Assembly (NCBI GenBank): GCA_964412085.1
Contig: CAYPMY010000001.1
Coordinates: 1-53,190 of the forward strand
Direction of reading: 5' to 3'
From: an uncultured Paraprevotella sp.
Lineage (GTDB): Bacteria > Bacteroidota > Bacteroidia > Bacteroidales > Bacteroidaceae
Length of the DNA: 53,190 nucleotides
Shown here in pieces: positions 1-10,418 of this stretch. The notes under the pieces are model-generated. The model was given only the letters and a program-made list of their open reading frames with translations. It had not been told where the DNA came from and did not search any database. How positions within the stretch are numbered: the stretch's first letter is position 1; every line of letters starts with the position of its first letter. The position numbers and the translations under genes were made by a program.

Positions 1-2
1 CA

Positions 3-2243
3 ATCGATAAGGGGTATTTCGAGCCCGAGTTCAAGTGGTACAACCCGGGAACCGGTGCTTCGGAGAAATTGCCCTTGAACGGGCTGGACGGCAACGGCCG
101 TCGCCGTTTCTTGTTTTACGGGGGACCGTTGAAGGATATGCTGGGGCGCGATTCCGTACAGCTGGACGGCGACCATGGCTATGACTATTACCGAACGGCC
201 AACGTCGTGCATACGGAGTATAAAGACACGATATGTCACTTGGTGCGCCTGAATCCCGAAGCCGAGGAAAAGGCCGATTTCCTTGTGGCCATGGATTTGT
301 CCACCATCTGCGCGGAAGCCAAAGAGGGAGGAGGTGCGTTGTGCCTGGATACCACCGACATAAAGCTGAGCGGTTTCAGCTTGTCGTTCCTGAATGTATA
401 TGCCGACACGCTGGCTTACGAGATAGGAGAAGAGGGCGACACTATCAGCACCCGTGTGAAGAGCAAGGAGGAAATGCCCACGGTTTACCTGAAATGGGTG
501 AAGACCTTCGCGTCCATGAAAGATTTCAACGAGTCGCTGACCGCAGAGAACAACTGGGGCGACGGCAAGGCCGTGGATCCGCAGAAGAGCGTGCTGAACA
601 GCAGTATGTACGATGTGCAGCAGTTCATCGCCAATTACAAGTTCTCTGACCAGCTGGCGGTGTTGGAGGAAGCCTATGCGGCCGCGAAAGCCGTCTATGA
701 CGACCCCGAATCGGGAAGCGAGGATTTCACGGCCCAGATAGACTCTCTGGCCGCTGCGAAGGAGCAATTCCTGACGGCCATTGCCTTCCATGCCGAGAGC
801 TTGATGAATACATTCGTGAACTACTCCGGCATGGCTTTAGGACTGGAGGCGACGGACAAGACCGTAGGGAATTATACGGGCAAGCTGTTGGTCACCGTGC
901 CCGAGGAGAGCGCCACGGCCTTCTTGTTCGTGGACAACGGGGAAGTGAACGGCCAAAAGGCTTATAACCTTAAGACGGCCGGCGGCACGATGGTGCAGGC
1001 CTCCGATGGTTCGCTGATGCTCGTGGATGCCGGCCAGCTGACGGGCAGCAACGCGGCCAACGTGATTTTGGCCAACCGCGGCACGGTGGACGAGCCGGGC
1101 TATGACTTCAAGGTGGGTAATTACTATTATTACTACGACGAGTCGGAGAACAAGCTGTCCGTGACGGAAGAAATCCCGACCGTGGAGACGAGGGATGAGA
1201 TAGCCAATTACCTGTTCTTCCCGACACCTTCCGAATATGACCCGTCCGACCATGACGCGGAAGCCTATCCGATGTCGTCCGGCGAGGGAAGCGCATGGGA
1301 ATTCAACGGAAAGGTGGAAATGGCCGTCGAACCGGCCTACCAGGCTTCGTTTGACAAATACTCGTGGGAGGATGGTGCCAAGAGCGCGGCCACGGAACGG
1401 GCGACCCTCCCGTACGTGAATGGATGGAGCACCAACGGATGGCGCATGGGGACGAACCTCGCGATAGACAATACCGTCAAGGACGGCGAGGGGAACGCGA
1501 TGAGTTGCTTGAAGCTGAACTGGATGGACAAATATGACGACATCCATGCCGACTCTGTCAATGTGGCGGAGAAGGTTACGGACTGGAGCGAAGGGCAGGT
1601 GGCCAGCATCATGCGCGAGCACGGGGCTTATACTTCGGCTTTGAACCGTGTGCCGCAGCCTGGGCAGCAGTGCGATTCCTTGTATGCCATCAACATGAAC
1701 TCCGGCATCAACCGTTATTTTGCCGTGAAATGGAAATCGAACAATCCGGATGTGACGTTCAACGGCTTTGTCTTCTATGTGAGGAAGGGCGTGGAAGAAC
1801 CGAGCGCCAATATGGACAACCTGTTGGAAAAGCGCGGCGACGTTTATGTCTGGGACTTGTTGGAAAGCGGCGTGCCTTTCGGCGACCGCAAGGCTTGTGC
1901 GCAATATGTCAGCTGGGGCGGTCTGAAGAGCGCGGACGACGCGGTGTATGTGGATTGGATGCGTTTCTATGATTCGCTGGATGCCATTCCGAGCGAGACC
2001 ATGGACATAGCGGATGCCATCCGCAATGCGGAGACGCAGCGGGGCGGCGCCCTCGTGGCCGTGGACGGGAACGTAGTCCGCGTGACGGCCGTCGGCGAGG
2101 TGTACGTGTATTCCGTGGACGGCAGGCTGGCGGCTTCCGCCTCAGCCGACGGGCAGGTTTCCTTCACGTTGGCAGAAGGCATGTATGTGGTGAAAGCCGT
2201 TGAAGGCAAACAAGTATCCTTGAAAAAGATTGTAGTAAGATAA
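3..2243 (+). CDS. 5'-partial secreted multidomain protein: DUF4979-like modules, FIVAR-like helical segment, T9SS C-terminal sorting domain
   Basis: The frame is open from base 3 (IDKGYFEPEF...), so the start lies outside the window. The C-terminus VYVYSVDGRL...FTLAEGMYVVK...KKIVVR is a type A T9SS CTD. Two related motifs occur: VYLKWVKTFAS and VYVDWMRFYDS. Helical segment LEEAYAAAKAVYDDP...IDSLAAAKEQF. Confidence 0.7.
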   Translation: MDKGYFEPEFKWYNPGTGASEKLPLNGLDGNGRRRFLFYGGPLKDMLGRDSVQLDGDHGYDYYRTANVVHTEYKDTICHLVRLNPEAEEKADFLVAMDLSTICAEAKEGGGALCLDTTDIKLSGFSLSFLNVYADTLAYEIGEEGDTISTRVKSKEEMPTVYLKWVKTFASMKDFNESLTAENNWGDGKAVDPQKSVLNSSMYDVQQFIANYKFSDQLAVLEEAYAAAKAVYDDPESGSEDFTAQIDSLAAAKEQFLTAIAFHAESLMNTFVNYSGMALGLEATDKTVGNYTGKLLVTVPEESATAFLFVDNGEVNGQKAYNLKTAGGTMVQASDGSLMLVDAGQLTGSNAANVILANRGTVDEPGYDFKVGNYYYYYDESENKLSVTEEIPTVETRDEIANYLFFPTPSEYDPSDHDAEAYPMSSGEGSAWEFNGKVEMAVEPAYQASFDKYSWEDGAKSAATERATLPYVNGWSTNGWRMGTNLAIDNTVKDGEGNAMSCLKLNWMDKYDDIHADSVNVAEKVTDWSEGQVASIMREHGAYTSALNRVPQPGQQCDSLYAINMNSGINRYFAVKWKSNNPDVTFNGFVFYVRKGVEEPSANMDNLLEKRGDVYVWDLLESGVPFGDRKACAQYVSWGGLKSADDAVYVDWMRFYDSLDAIPSETMDIADAIRNAETQRGGALVAVDGNVVRVTAVGEVYVYSVDGRLAASASADGQVSFTLAEGMYVVKAVEGKQVSLKKIVVR

Positions 2244-2254
2244 ACGATTGCAGG

Positions 2255-2298
2255 AGGAAGATTCCCGGGTGGACTCGGGAATCTTCCTTTTTGTTTTT
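2255..2298 (+). terminator. Rho-independent terminator
   Basis: Stem AGGAAGATTCCCGGGT / ACTCGGGAATCTTCCT followed by TTTTGTTTTT, just after the stop at 2243. Confidence 0.85.
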
Positions 2299-2323
2299 GG
2301 CACGCTTGATATAATACAGGAAA

Positions 2324-4381
2324 ATGAAGAGGCTGTTGAGTTTTTATTGTGCAACGGGATATGCCTTGTTTTTGGCGTCCGGCTTGTCCGGTTGCATGGA
2401 TTCCGACGATGTGGGTGAAAGTTACCGTACCTTCGAGGGTGAGATGGTAGCCTCTTATGTCTCGGGACGCGAGGACTTGAAAGAGTTTGAAAAGGCGTTG
2501 CGCATGGCCGGTGCGTACGAGTTGTTGGAATCTTACGGGAAATACACCTGCTTTGTCCCGAATGACGAAGCCATGGAAAGGTGGTACGCGTCTGTGGGGA
2601 AGAGATTGGAGCAGATGGACACGGCCGACGTGCGCGAGATGGTGTACTACCAATTGATAGACGGCCAGGCCAATGCCGTGGACGCTTACCTGACGGAAGA
2701 TTTCCCGGAAGGGTCTTTCCCCGTGCAAAACATGGTGGGACGCTATCTGACGGCTTCGGTACGGGCAGGCAGCGGGACGTGGGGAATCAGGACGGGCGAG
2801 GAGTATGCGGATATAGTGAATCCGAACAATGAGATGCTGAACGGGGTCGTGCATGTCACGGACCGGGTGCTGGAGGGGAACAACGACATGCTTCCCGACT
2901 TCGTGGCCAACAATCCGCGTTATTCCATTTTCGGCCAGGCTTTGTCGGCCACGGGTTGGAGGGATTCCATGACGGTGCTGGAAGATGCGGGCTACGAGCC
3001 TCCCTTGTCCACGACTTTGCCCGGGGGTCAGGACGTGAACAGCTCGGACTCCAGAGGCTACTATCACTGGCCGGAGAAGAAGAAATACCTGTATACTTGT
3101 TTCGCCGAGAGCGACTCGATCATGTATCTGCGCGAAGGCATAAAGGATTTGGACGGCTTGCGCGAGTACGCCAGGCGGATTTATCCGGACGGGGCCGACG
3201 TGGAAGACGAGACGGATTCCCGAAACAGCCTGCACAAGTTCGTGGGGTATCATCTGTACGATGTGCAACGCGCGAAGAATAAGCTGGTAATCAATAAGAA
3301 TTTCGTGTCCATGTACGATTGGTTTACGTGGTACGACCATATATGCGATGAGGAATACCGGGTGGACAACTTCTTCGTGTCCATGCAACCAAACATGCTG
3401 CTTCACGTGCAGAATGCCAATACCGTGGACAAGGACATCAGTTCCTCAAGAGTCGTCCCGGTTTTGAATTGCCCTTACTCTCCCTATAATCCGCTTTACA
3501 CTTCAGCGATGACGATGGGGGATTCCTACGGAGAGACACCTGTCATCCGCATCTTGGACGACGAGGCGGACCAGTATTGCCAGAACGGCGTGTTGCACGG
3601 GCTGAACAACATGCTGGTGTATTCCGACGAGGTCAAGGCGGAAGTGTTCCATCGCCGCATAAGGATGGACTTGCGCACGTTCCTGCCCGAGGGTGTGAAC
3701 AATTCTGTGTTCTACGACTCGGACAAGGGCTACAACTGGTATTGGACGAGTTTCCCCGACGGCTATTTCAAGAATGTGCGCTTCACGTCGAATACCACGA
3801 CTTATTTAGATTATGAGGGATGTACGCCCCATGATCATCTGCTCGGCGACCGTTTAATCCTGCACGGCAATTTTGACTTCACCATAAAGGTCGGCCCCAT
3901 ACCCAAGGGCTCTTACGAAGTCCGTTTGAGCTATGCGGGAGGGGAAGCCGTCGTACAAGTGTATCTGGACGGTATGCCCTGCGACATTCCGATTGATTCG
4001 CGGATGTCGGCCTACAACGGGGACATCGGCTGGATTCAGGACTGGCTGGCCATTCAAGAATCGGGAAGCAGCCGCTTCGCGGGCATGGGGGAAAGCGAGG
4101 AAGACCCTTACGGCTTGGAAAACGACAAGAACCTGAGAAACCATGGTTACATGAAAGCTCCGAACAGTTTCGTGGGAACCAATTATCATGCTTTGGGGTA
4201 TGGCGACAACCTGACCGCCCGCAATGTGGATACCCGGTTGAGGAAAATCCTCGGTATCGTGAACTGGACGGATGACGGTACGCATGAATTGCGCCTTGTG
4301 GCCATGAAGGCCGGAGAATTCAATATGGATTACATAGAGTTCATGCCTACGGATTTATTGGAAGATGAAGACCAACATTAA
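2324..4381 (+). CDS. Fasciclin (FAS1) domain surface lipoprotein, PUL glycan-binding protein-like
   Basis: Lipobox LSGC followed by acidic MDSDD. FAS1 motifs YTCFVPNDEA, NGVVHVTDRVL, YTCFAESDS and NGVLHGLNNML. C-terminal beta-sandwich-like region ending MDYIEFMP. Confidence 0.85.
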   Translation: MKRLLSFYCATGYALFLASGLSGCMDSDDVGESYRTFEGEMVASYVSGREDLKEFEKALRMAGAYELLESYGKYTCFVPNDEAMERWYASVGKRLEQMDTADVREMVYYQLIDGQANAVDAYLTEDFPEGSFPVQNMVGRYLTASVRAGSGTWGIRTGEEYADIVNPNNEMLNGVVHVTDRVLEGNNDMLPDFVANNPRYSIFGQALSATGWRDSMTVLEDAGYEPPLSTTLPGGQDVNSSDSRGYYHWPEKKKYLYTCFAESDSIMYLREGIKDLDGLREYARRIYPDGADVEDETDSRNSLHKFVGYHLYDVQRAKNKLVINKNFVSMYDWFTWYDHICDEEYRVDNFFVSMQPNMLLHVQNANTVDKDISSSRVVPVLNCPYSPYNPLYTSAMTMGDSYGETPVIRILDDEADQYCQNGVLHGLNNMLVYSDEVKAEVFHRRIRMDLRTFLPEGVNNSVFYDSDKGYNWYWTSFPDGYFKNVRFTSNTTTYLDYEGCTPHDHLLGDRLILHGNFDFTIKVGPIPKGSYEVRLSYAGGEAVVQVYLDGMPCDIPIDSRMSAYNGDIGWIQDWLAIQESGSSRFAGMGESEEDPYGLENDKNLRNHGYMKAPNSFVGTNYHALGYGDNLTARNVDTRLRKILGIVNWTDDGTHELRLVAMKAGEFNMDYIEFMPTDLLEDEDQH

Positions 4382-4404
4382 GAGTAAAGACTAATATACA
4401 TAGC

Positions 4405-7080
4405 GTGATGAAAAGACATGAGAATATGGTGGGGTGTTGCCTGGCCGGGATGTTGTCTTTCGGCTTGGCGGTATCTTGCACGGATAAGTTTGAGGCTTTT
4501 GAAGACCATTCCCCGGAGTGGTTGGGGGAAAATATTTATGATTACCTGAAAGGGCGGGGAGATTGTAACTATTACATTCGCCTCATCGACGACTGCGGGT
4601 TGACGGAAGTGATGCGTCGAACGGGTTCCAACACCTTGTTCTTCACGCGCGACGAGGCGTTCGACCGTTATTTCGCGGAGAATAAGGCGAAGGGGGAAGG
4701 CCCCCAGTCTTATGAAGAGATGTCGCCTACGCTTAAAAGCATGTTCATCAGCTTGGGGAGAATCAGTAATGCCCAACTTATCGAACGTCTTTGCCACGGG
4801 GATGTGAGCGGCACGGTGTTGCGGCGTTCCACTTATTATAATGTGACGGACAGCATTCCCTTGGTATTGAAGTCCGACTTGTCGGAAACGTTCGGCACAA
4901 GCCCTTATTTCTCGGCCTTGAAGGAAGACACCGTGCGCCTCTTGCAGGATGCCACGACCCTCACGCTTACGCAGTTCTTCCCGTTGGTGGCGGCGGAATT
5001 GGGCATTACGGACGCGGACTTGCAGTATGTCACGGACGGCGCTTTGTCGTCGGGCGAGTCCGCCCTGTATGCCAATAAGATTGTCCGTCAGGACATCACG
5101 TGCAAGAACGGCTATCTGCATGAATTGGAAGAATTGATTTTGCCGCCGGAGACGATGGCCGGTTTCATAAACAAGGACGGGCAGACACGGGAATTCAGCA
5201 AATTGATGAACCGTTTCGCCATACCTGTGGTATATCAGGAGGCTACGGCCGCTTCACCGCGCGTCTATTCGTTGCGCTATTTTAACGACCACCCGGAAAA
5301 TCTCGGCAACAACAACTTGAACTTGTACGGTGCATTGACAGTGGACGATCAGGGGAACAACAAAAGCAACGCCTGCCTTTATTTCGATCCCGCTTGGAAT
5401 GCTTACCAGGCGAAGGCGCGGGACGCCAATTCTACGGAACCGGCCTTCCAAGGAGACATGGGCGTGATGTTCGTGCCGACGGACGAAGCCATGGATGATT
5501 ATTTCAGGGTCGGTGGAGAAGGAGAGGACTTGGTGAAAAGTTTCGGGACGTGGGATAACGTGCCGGACAACATAGTGGCCGATTTCGTGAAGAACCATCA
5601 GAAATATTCTTTTTTGGCTTCGTTGCCGCACAACTTTTCGATACTGAAGGACGAGGCGGGTTATGACATGGAGCTGTCCGAAGCGGACGTGGTCGGACGC
5701 TATGTGGCGCGTAACGGGATGGTGTATGTAATCAACAAGGTCTTCCCGCCGTTGGATTACCGTTCGGTCATGGGGCCGGCCAAGATTGATCCTGCCAATC
5801 AAATATTCAATGTGGCAATGAACGACACGCACACGCAGTTCATGTACTATCTGCGTTCATTGTTGAGTTGCTTTCAATTCTTCATCACGCCCGATGAATA
5901 CTTGGACCATTACGTAGACCCCGTTTCCATGGGTTATCCGTCGGCTTCTTCCCATGCGTATTGGAAGTTCTCGTTGAACGCGGCCGGTGACATACAAGCC
6001 ACGGTGTACAGCATGGAAAATGGCGATTCCATTGGCGTGGTGACGGATGCGAATATCATCAAGGACCGTTTCGACGACATCATGAGAAGCCATACCGTGG
6101 TGGTTGGCAGTAACGAGGAATTCCGGCAGGCTGTAGCCGGGGGACAGGAGTATTTCGTCACGATGGGGTATATGCCGTTACGTATCACAGGGACATCGGC
6201 GGGAGCGTCCGTGTCCGGATGGGGAAATACGGACAATAAAGGACAGGGTGTGAACGGCAACCATGCCCTTCGGATAACGGACGCGTCGGAAAAGACCAAC
6301 GGAACGTCTTATCTGTTGGACGGGTTGGTGCAGAACACGCTGACTTCCACTTACAAGAATCTGAATCAAAGTGAAAGCAGCAGTGTGATGAATTCAAGCA
6401 GTCCCTTTTATACATTCCTGACATTGTGTAACGCATGCAGTATCTTCAGCAATTCGGCGCGGTCTTCCATCATTCCGTTGGATTATTACATCACCTTCCT
6501 CCAACAATATGACTATACGTTGTACGTGCCGACCAATGAATCGTTGAAGGAAGCCATGGACAAGCACTATATACCGACACCGGAAGAATTGGAAGACTTG
6601 TATCAACGCTCGGCCGAAGGACAAGAGACCCATATCGATTCGTTATATCAGATTGCAGTCAACAAGCTCAGGCGGTTCATCCGTTACCATATCCAGGACA
6701 ACAGCATATTTGTCAAAGGGAAAAAGGAAACGGACGCGGAGTATCTGACCGAGACAATCGACAACGCGACGATGCAGTTTTATCCCGTACACGTGACCAA
6801 TACGGGCAACTCGATCGTAGTGAGGGACAACATCGGCGGCCAGGCGAACGTGGTGGTAGAGGAGGGACGCTATAACCTGATGGGTCGTGACATCCGCGTG
6901 AACAATGCCACGGGCAACTCGGTAAGTCCGGACTTGTCAAAGTCGACCACCATAGACAGCTATACTTGCACCGTAGTACACCAGATTGACAAAGTGCTAT
7001 GGTTTGAACAGCCTTCCGACCAATGGCATACGGATTTGTATGAGGATTTGGAGAATTATCAGGCAGGCCAGACCGATTGA
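4405..7080 (+). CDS. Multi-fasciclin (FAS1) lipoprotein
   Basis: Lipobox AVSC-TD. Repeated FAS1 motifs TLFFTRDEAF, NGYLHEL, VMFVPTDEA, NGMVYVINKV, YTLYVPTNE and VVHQIDKVL. Confidence 0.85.
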   Translation: MMKRHENMVGCCLAGMLSFGLAVSCTDKFEAFEDHSPEWLGENIYDYLKGRGDCNYYIRLIDDCGLTEVMRRTGSNTLFFTRDEAFDRYFAENKAKGEGPQSYEEMSPTLKSMFISLGRISNAQLIERLCHGDVSGTVLRRSTYYNVTDSIPLVLKSDLSETFGTSPYFSALKEDTVRLLQDATTLTLTQFFPLVAAELGITDADLQYVTDGALSSGESALYANKIVRQDITCKNGYLHELEELILPPETMAGFINKDGQTREFSKLMNRFAIPVVYQEATAASPRVYSLRYFNDHPENLGNNNLNLYGALTVDDQGNNKSNACLYFDPAWNAYQAKARDANSTEPAFQGDMGVMFVPTDEAMDDYFRVGGEGEDLVKSFGTWDNVPDNIVADFVKNHQKYSFLASLPHNFSILKDEAGYDMELSEADVVGRYVARNGMVYVINKVFPPLDYRSVMGPAKIDPANQIFNVAMNDTHTQFMYYLRSLLSCFQFFITPDEYLDHYVDPVSMGYPSASSHAYWKFSLNAAGDIQATVYSMENGDSIGVVTDANIIKDRFDDIMRSHTVVVGSNEEFRQAVAGGQEYFVTMGYMPLRITGTSAGASVSGWGNTDNKGQGVNGNHALRITDASEKTNGTSYLLDGLVQNTLTSTYKNLNQSESSSVMNSSSPFYTFLTLCNACSIFSNSARSSIIPLDYYITFLQQYDYTLYVPTNESLKEAMDKHYIPTPEELEDLYQRSAEGQETHIDSLYQIAVNKLRRFIRYHIQDNSIFVKGKKETDAEYLTETIDNATMQFYPVHVTNTGNSIVVRDNIGGQANVVVEEGRYNLMGRDIRVNNATGNSVSPDLSKSTTIDSYTCTVVHQIDKVLWFEQPSDQWHTDLYEDLENYQAGQTD

Positions 7081-7119
7081 CAAGGTATTGACAATGAAAG
7101 AGTAATTTGGAGCAATAAC

Positions 7120-10100
7120 ATGAAAAGAATATTGTTTTTGGCGGCATTGTGGGGAATGGTACTGCATGCCGCAGCTCAGAAAATAATGGTTTCGGGAACG
7201 GTGACCGATGAATTCGGAGGCATCATGGGGTGTTCCGTGGCCGAGATAGATGCGGACAACCGTGTAGTAGGCGGTGCTACCACGAACATGGAAGGGAAGT
7301 ATGCCTTTGCCATTAAGAGCGTGAGCAACAAATTGAAGTTTTCTTATGTCGGTTTCAAGACCGTCGTGCGGGAAATCGGTTCGAACCGTAAGATTGACGT
7401 GCGTCTGGAAGACAATACAGTGACCTTGAAGGGCACGACGATTACGGCCAAGAAACGTTCGAGCGATGAAACGTTCAACATCGCGCAGCGTGAGGTGTCC
7501 ATGGCCGTGACCACTTTCGACATGAAAGAAGTCGAGGGTATATCCGTCACGTCCGTGGATGATGCCTTGCAGGGACGCATACCGGGACTGGACATCGTGG
7601 GAGGCGGTACTCCGGGACAAGGAGGTCAGATGCGTATCCGCGGCACGTCTACGATATTGGGAAACGCGGAGCCCCTGATTGTGGTAAATGACATTCCTTT
7701 TGAAAGCGCGGACGCCAGTTCTTTCCAATTTGATGCGGCTACGGACGAACAGTATGCGGACTTGTTGAATGTAAACGTGGAGGACATTCAGGAAATCACG
7801 GTATTGAAGGATGCCGCTTCTACCGCCATGTGGGGTTCCCGGGGCGCTAACGGTGTGATTATGATAAAGACCAAAAAGGGGGCGATGGAGAAGACCCGGG
7901 TCACTTACACTTATAAGTTGACCGGTGCCACCCAGCCTAAAGGATATAAGCTGTTGAACGGGGATGATTTCTCCATGATGATGAAGCAAAGTTATTTCAA
8001 CATGAATCAACTTTCGGGGAATAGTAGCCATGACGATTATGACTTCAAGGAGTTCCAATATGACCCTGCATGGTCGGAATATCAGATGTATGACAACAAT
8101 ACGGACTGGGTGGATGCCGTGACGAAAAAAGGATGGACGCACGACCATTATGTGACCGTGCAAGGCGGTGGCGAACGTGCGACGTTTTATATTTCCGGAG
8201 GATACTATACCCGCACGGGGACGAATATCGGGCAACGTTATGACCGTTACAGCACCCGCGCCCAGTTGGATTACCATATCAGCGACCGGATGCTTGTGCG
8301 TACGGATTTCCAGTTTACTTATGGGGATAACGACCAAAACTATGACAAGCTGTTGGACATAGCCTATAAGAAGATGCCAAACTTGAGCATATACCGTCAA
8401 ACTGCTGACGGCGAAAATACGGGCGAGTATTACAACATATTGAACAGTTCGCGGATGAGCAACAGCCAGAAAAACTTGCGCAATCCCGTGGCGTTGGGAC
8501 GGTTGGCGAAAGACAACAGCAAGACGTACAGGGTGTTGCCTACCATACGCCTTCAGTATGATTTCTTTGATCCCGAAAAGATTTACCTCCGTTACAGTGC
8601 ATACGTGTCGATGGACATGAATACGGAACACAGGGAACGTTTCCTGCCCGGTGAATGCAGCAACAGTGCATGGGACAATAGTTCAGTCAATACCGCGAAC
8701 GATAGAAATACCGAGACGCTAAAAGTCATGACGGAAAACAAGTTGACATGGCAGAGCCGTTTCCTCAACAAGGATCACGACCTGCAAATGATGGCGGCAT
8801 GGAATACGGAAAGTTCCAGGGGAACCAGCCAGGAGGTTACGTCTTACGGTCATCCCGGATCCGACATTACGGATGCCTCTTCGCCGGCTACTCTTTCGAC
8901 CTTGACCAACGGTAACAACGCTTCGCGCAGTGTGTCTTTTTCCAGTCGCCTGCATTATGCCATCAAAGGTCGCTACATCTTTGACGCGAGTGTCCGTATG
9001 GACGGAAGCACGAAGTTCGGTGACAACAGCCGCTACGGCTGGTTTCCCGGCGTGAGTGCCAAGTGGATTATCACGGACGAGAAATGGTTTGACGGCATCC
9101 GCGACGTGCTTTCCCTTTTCGCGGTTCGTCCCAGTTGGGGAATCGCGGGGCGGCAGCCTGACGACAATTATCTTTATTTTAACCGCTTGTCCATTGACAC
9201 CTACGGCTATATGGGAACGACGGCGGTATATCCGGCCAACATACGACTGACGGATTTACGTTGGGAAAGGGTGACTTCGACGAACGTGGGGGCAGACTTG
9301 GAACTGTGGAACGGCAAGATCGCGGCGACGTTTGACTGGTATCATAAACGCACCACGGACATGTTGTTCCCGGACTTGAACATTTCCCAGACTTCGGGAT
9401 TCGCCACGTTGGATTACAAGAATGTGGGTACGATGGACAACGATGGCTGGGAGGTTGGTTTTGCGTTCAATAAGTTCCTTTCTATCGGTAAGTTCGATGT
9501 CTCGTTCAATGCAAATCTGTCCAGTAATCGGAATACCATCGTGGAAATGGATCCCGTCGTATTGGCAAAATACAATAATGTGACGAATTTTGCAAATGGT
9601 ACGGATTTCCCATCTCGATTGCAGGTGGATAATTCTATCGGATCCATTTATGGCTTCCGCTATAAGGGTGTGTACAGTTACAGCTTTGACAATTATGACA
9701 AGGCTATGGCAGAGGGTAAGACTTGTCCGGTGGCTATTGATGCAAATGGTGCGGTCATGAAAGATTATAAAGGGAATCCCAAGCCCATGTATTACTATTA
9801 TAATTCCACGGCTTATCAGTTCCAAGGTGGTGATGCCATGTATGAAGACATCAATCACGACGGTAATATCGACCAGTACGATGTGGTTTATTTGGGGAAC
9901 TGTAATCCTAAATTGACAGGAGGTTTCGGGTTGAATTTGCGTTATGACAACTTTTCGGCCAGCCTTTTCTTCAATTTCCGTTATGGGTACAAAATCATGA
10001 ATGCCGCTCGCCGGTCAATGGAAAACATGTATGAGGGTTATAACCAATGCACGTCGGTGAACTGGCGTTGGAGAAAGGAAGGCGACGTGACGGACGTACC

Positions 10101-10395
10101 GAGAGCGGTGTATCAAGAAGCATACAACTCTTTGCCCAGCGACCGCTACGTGGAGGACGGCAGTTTCTTACGCATGAAGTACATTACCTTGCGCTATTCT
10201 TTCAAAAAGAACCTTATCAAGAAAGTAGGTTTGAATACAGCCAGCATTTACCTTACGGTGAATAATCTCTTTTGTCTGACGAAGTATTCGGGCGTGGATC
10301 CGGAAATCAATATTGGAAACTTTGGCTTGGTGACGGACGTATCTTCTACTCCTCGCTCAAAAGACTGGATGTTGGGCATTTCTTTAGGTATTTAA
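7120..10395 (+). CDS. susC: SusC/RagA family TonB-dependent transporter
   Basis: Signal peptide, N-terminal extension, plug motif IQEITVLKDAASTAMWGSRGANGVIMIKTKKG, and C-terminal SDRYVEDGSFLRMK...YSGVDPE. Confidence 0.95.
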   Translation: MKRILFLAALWGMVLHAAAQKIMVSGTVTDEFGGIMGCSVAEIDADNRVVGGATTNMEGKYAFAIKSVSNKLKFSYVGFKTVVREIGSNRKIDVRLEDNTVTLKGTTITAKKRSSDETFNIAQREVSMAVTTFDMKEVEGISVTSVDDALQGRIPGLDIVGGGTPGQGGQMRIRGTSTILGNAEPLIVVNDIPFESADASSFQFDAATDEQYADLLNVNVEDIQEITVLKDAASTAMWGSRGANGVIMIKTKKGAMEKTRVTYTYKLTGATQPKGYKLLNGDDFSMMMKQSYFNMNQLSGNSSHDDYDFKEFQYDPAWSEYQMYDNNTDWVDAVTKKGWTHDHYVTVQGGGERATFYISGGYYTRTGTNIGQRYDRYSTRAQLDYHISDRMLVRTDFQFTYGDNDQNYDKLLDIAYKKMPNLSIYRQTADGENTGEYYNILNSSRMSNSQKNLRNPVALGRLAKDNSKTYRVLPTIRLQYDFFDPEKIYLRYSAYVSMDMNTEHRERFLPGECSNSAWDNSSVNTANDRNTETLKVMTENKLTWQSRFLNKDHDLQMMAAWNTESSRGTSQEVTSYGHPGSDITDASSPATLSTLTNGNNASRSVSFSSRLHYAIKGRYIFDASVRMDGSTKFGDNSRYGWFPGVSAKWIITDEKWFDGIRDVLSLFAVRPSWGIAGRQPDDNYLYFNRLSIDTYGYMGTTAVYPANIRLTDLRWERVTSTNVGADLELWNGKIAATFDWYHKRTTDMLFPDLNISQTSGFATLDYKNVGTMDNDGWEVGFAFNKFLSIGKFDVSFNANLSSNRNTIVEMDPVVLAKYNNVTNFANGTDFPSRLQVDNSIGSIYGFRYKGVYSYSFDNYDKAMAEGKTCPVAIDANGAVMKDYKGNPKPMYYYYNSTAYQFQGGDAMYEDINHDGNIDQYDVVYLGNCNPKLTGGFGLNLRYDNFSASLFFNFRYGYKIMNAARRSMENMYEGYNQCTSVNWRWRKEGDVTDVPRAVYQEAYNSLPSDRYVEDGSFLRMKYITLRYSFKKNLIKKVGLNTASIYLTVNNLFCLTKYSGVDPEINIGNFGLVTDVSSTPRSKDWMLGISLGI

Positions 10396-10418
10396 TTCTT
10401 TAACAAGTTTATCAGGCA

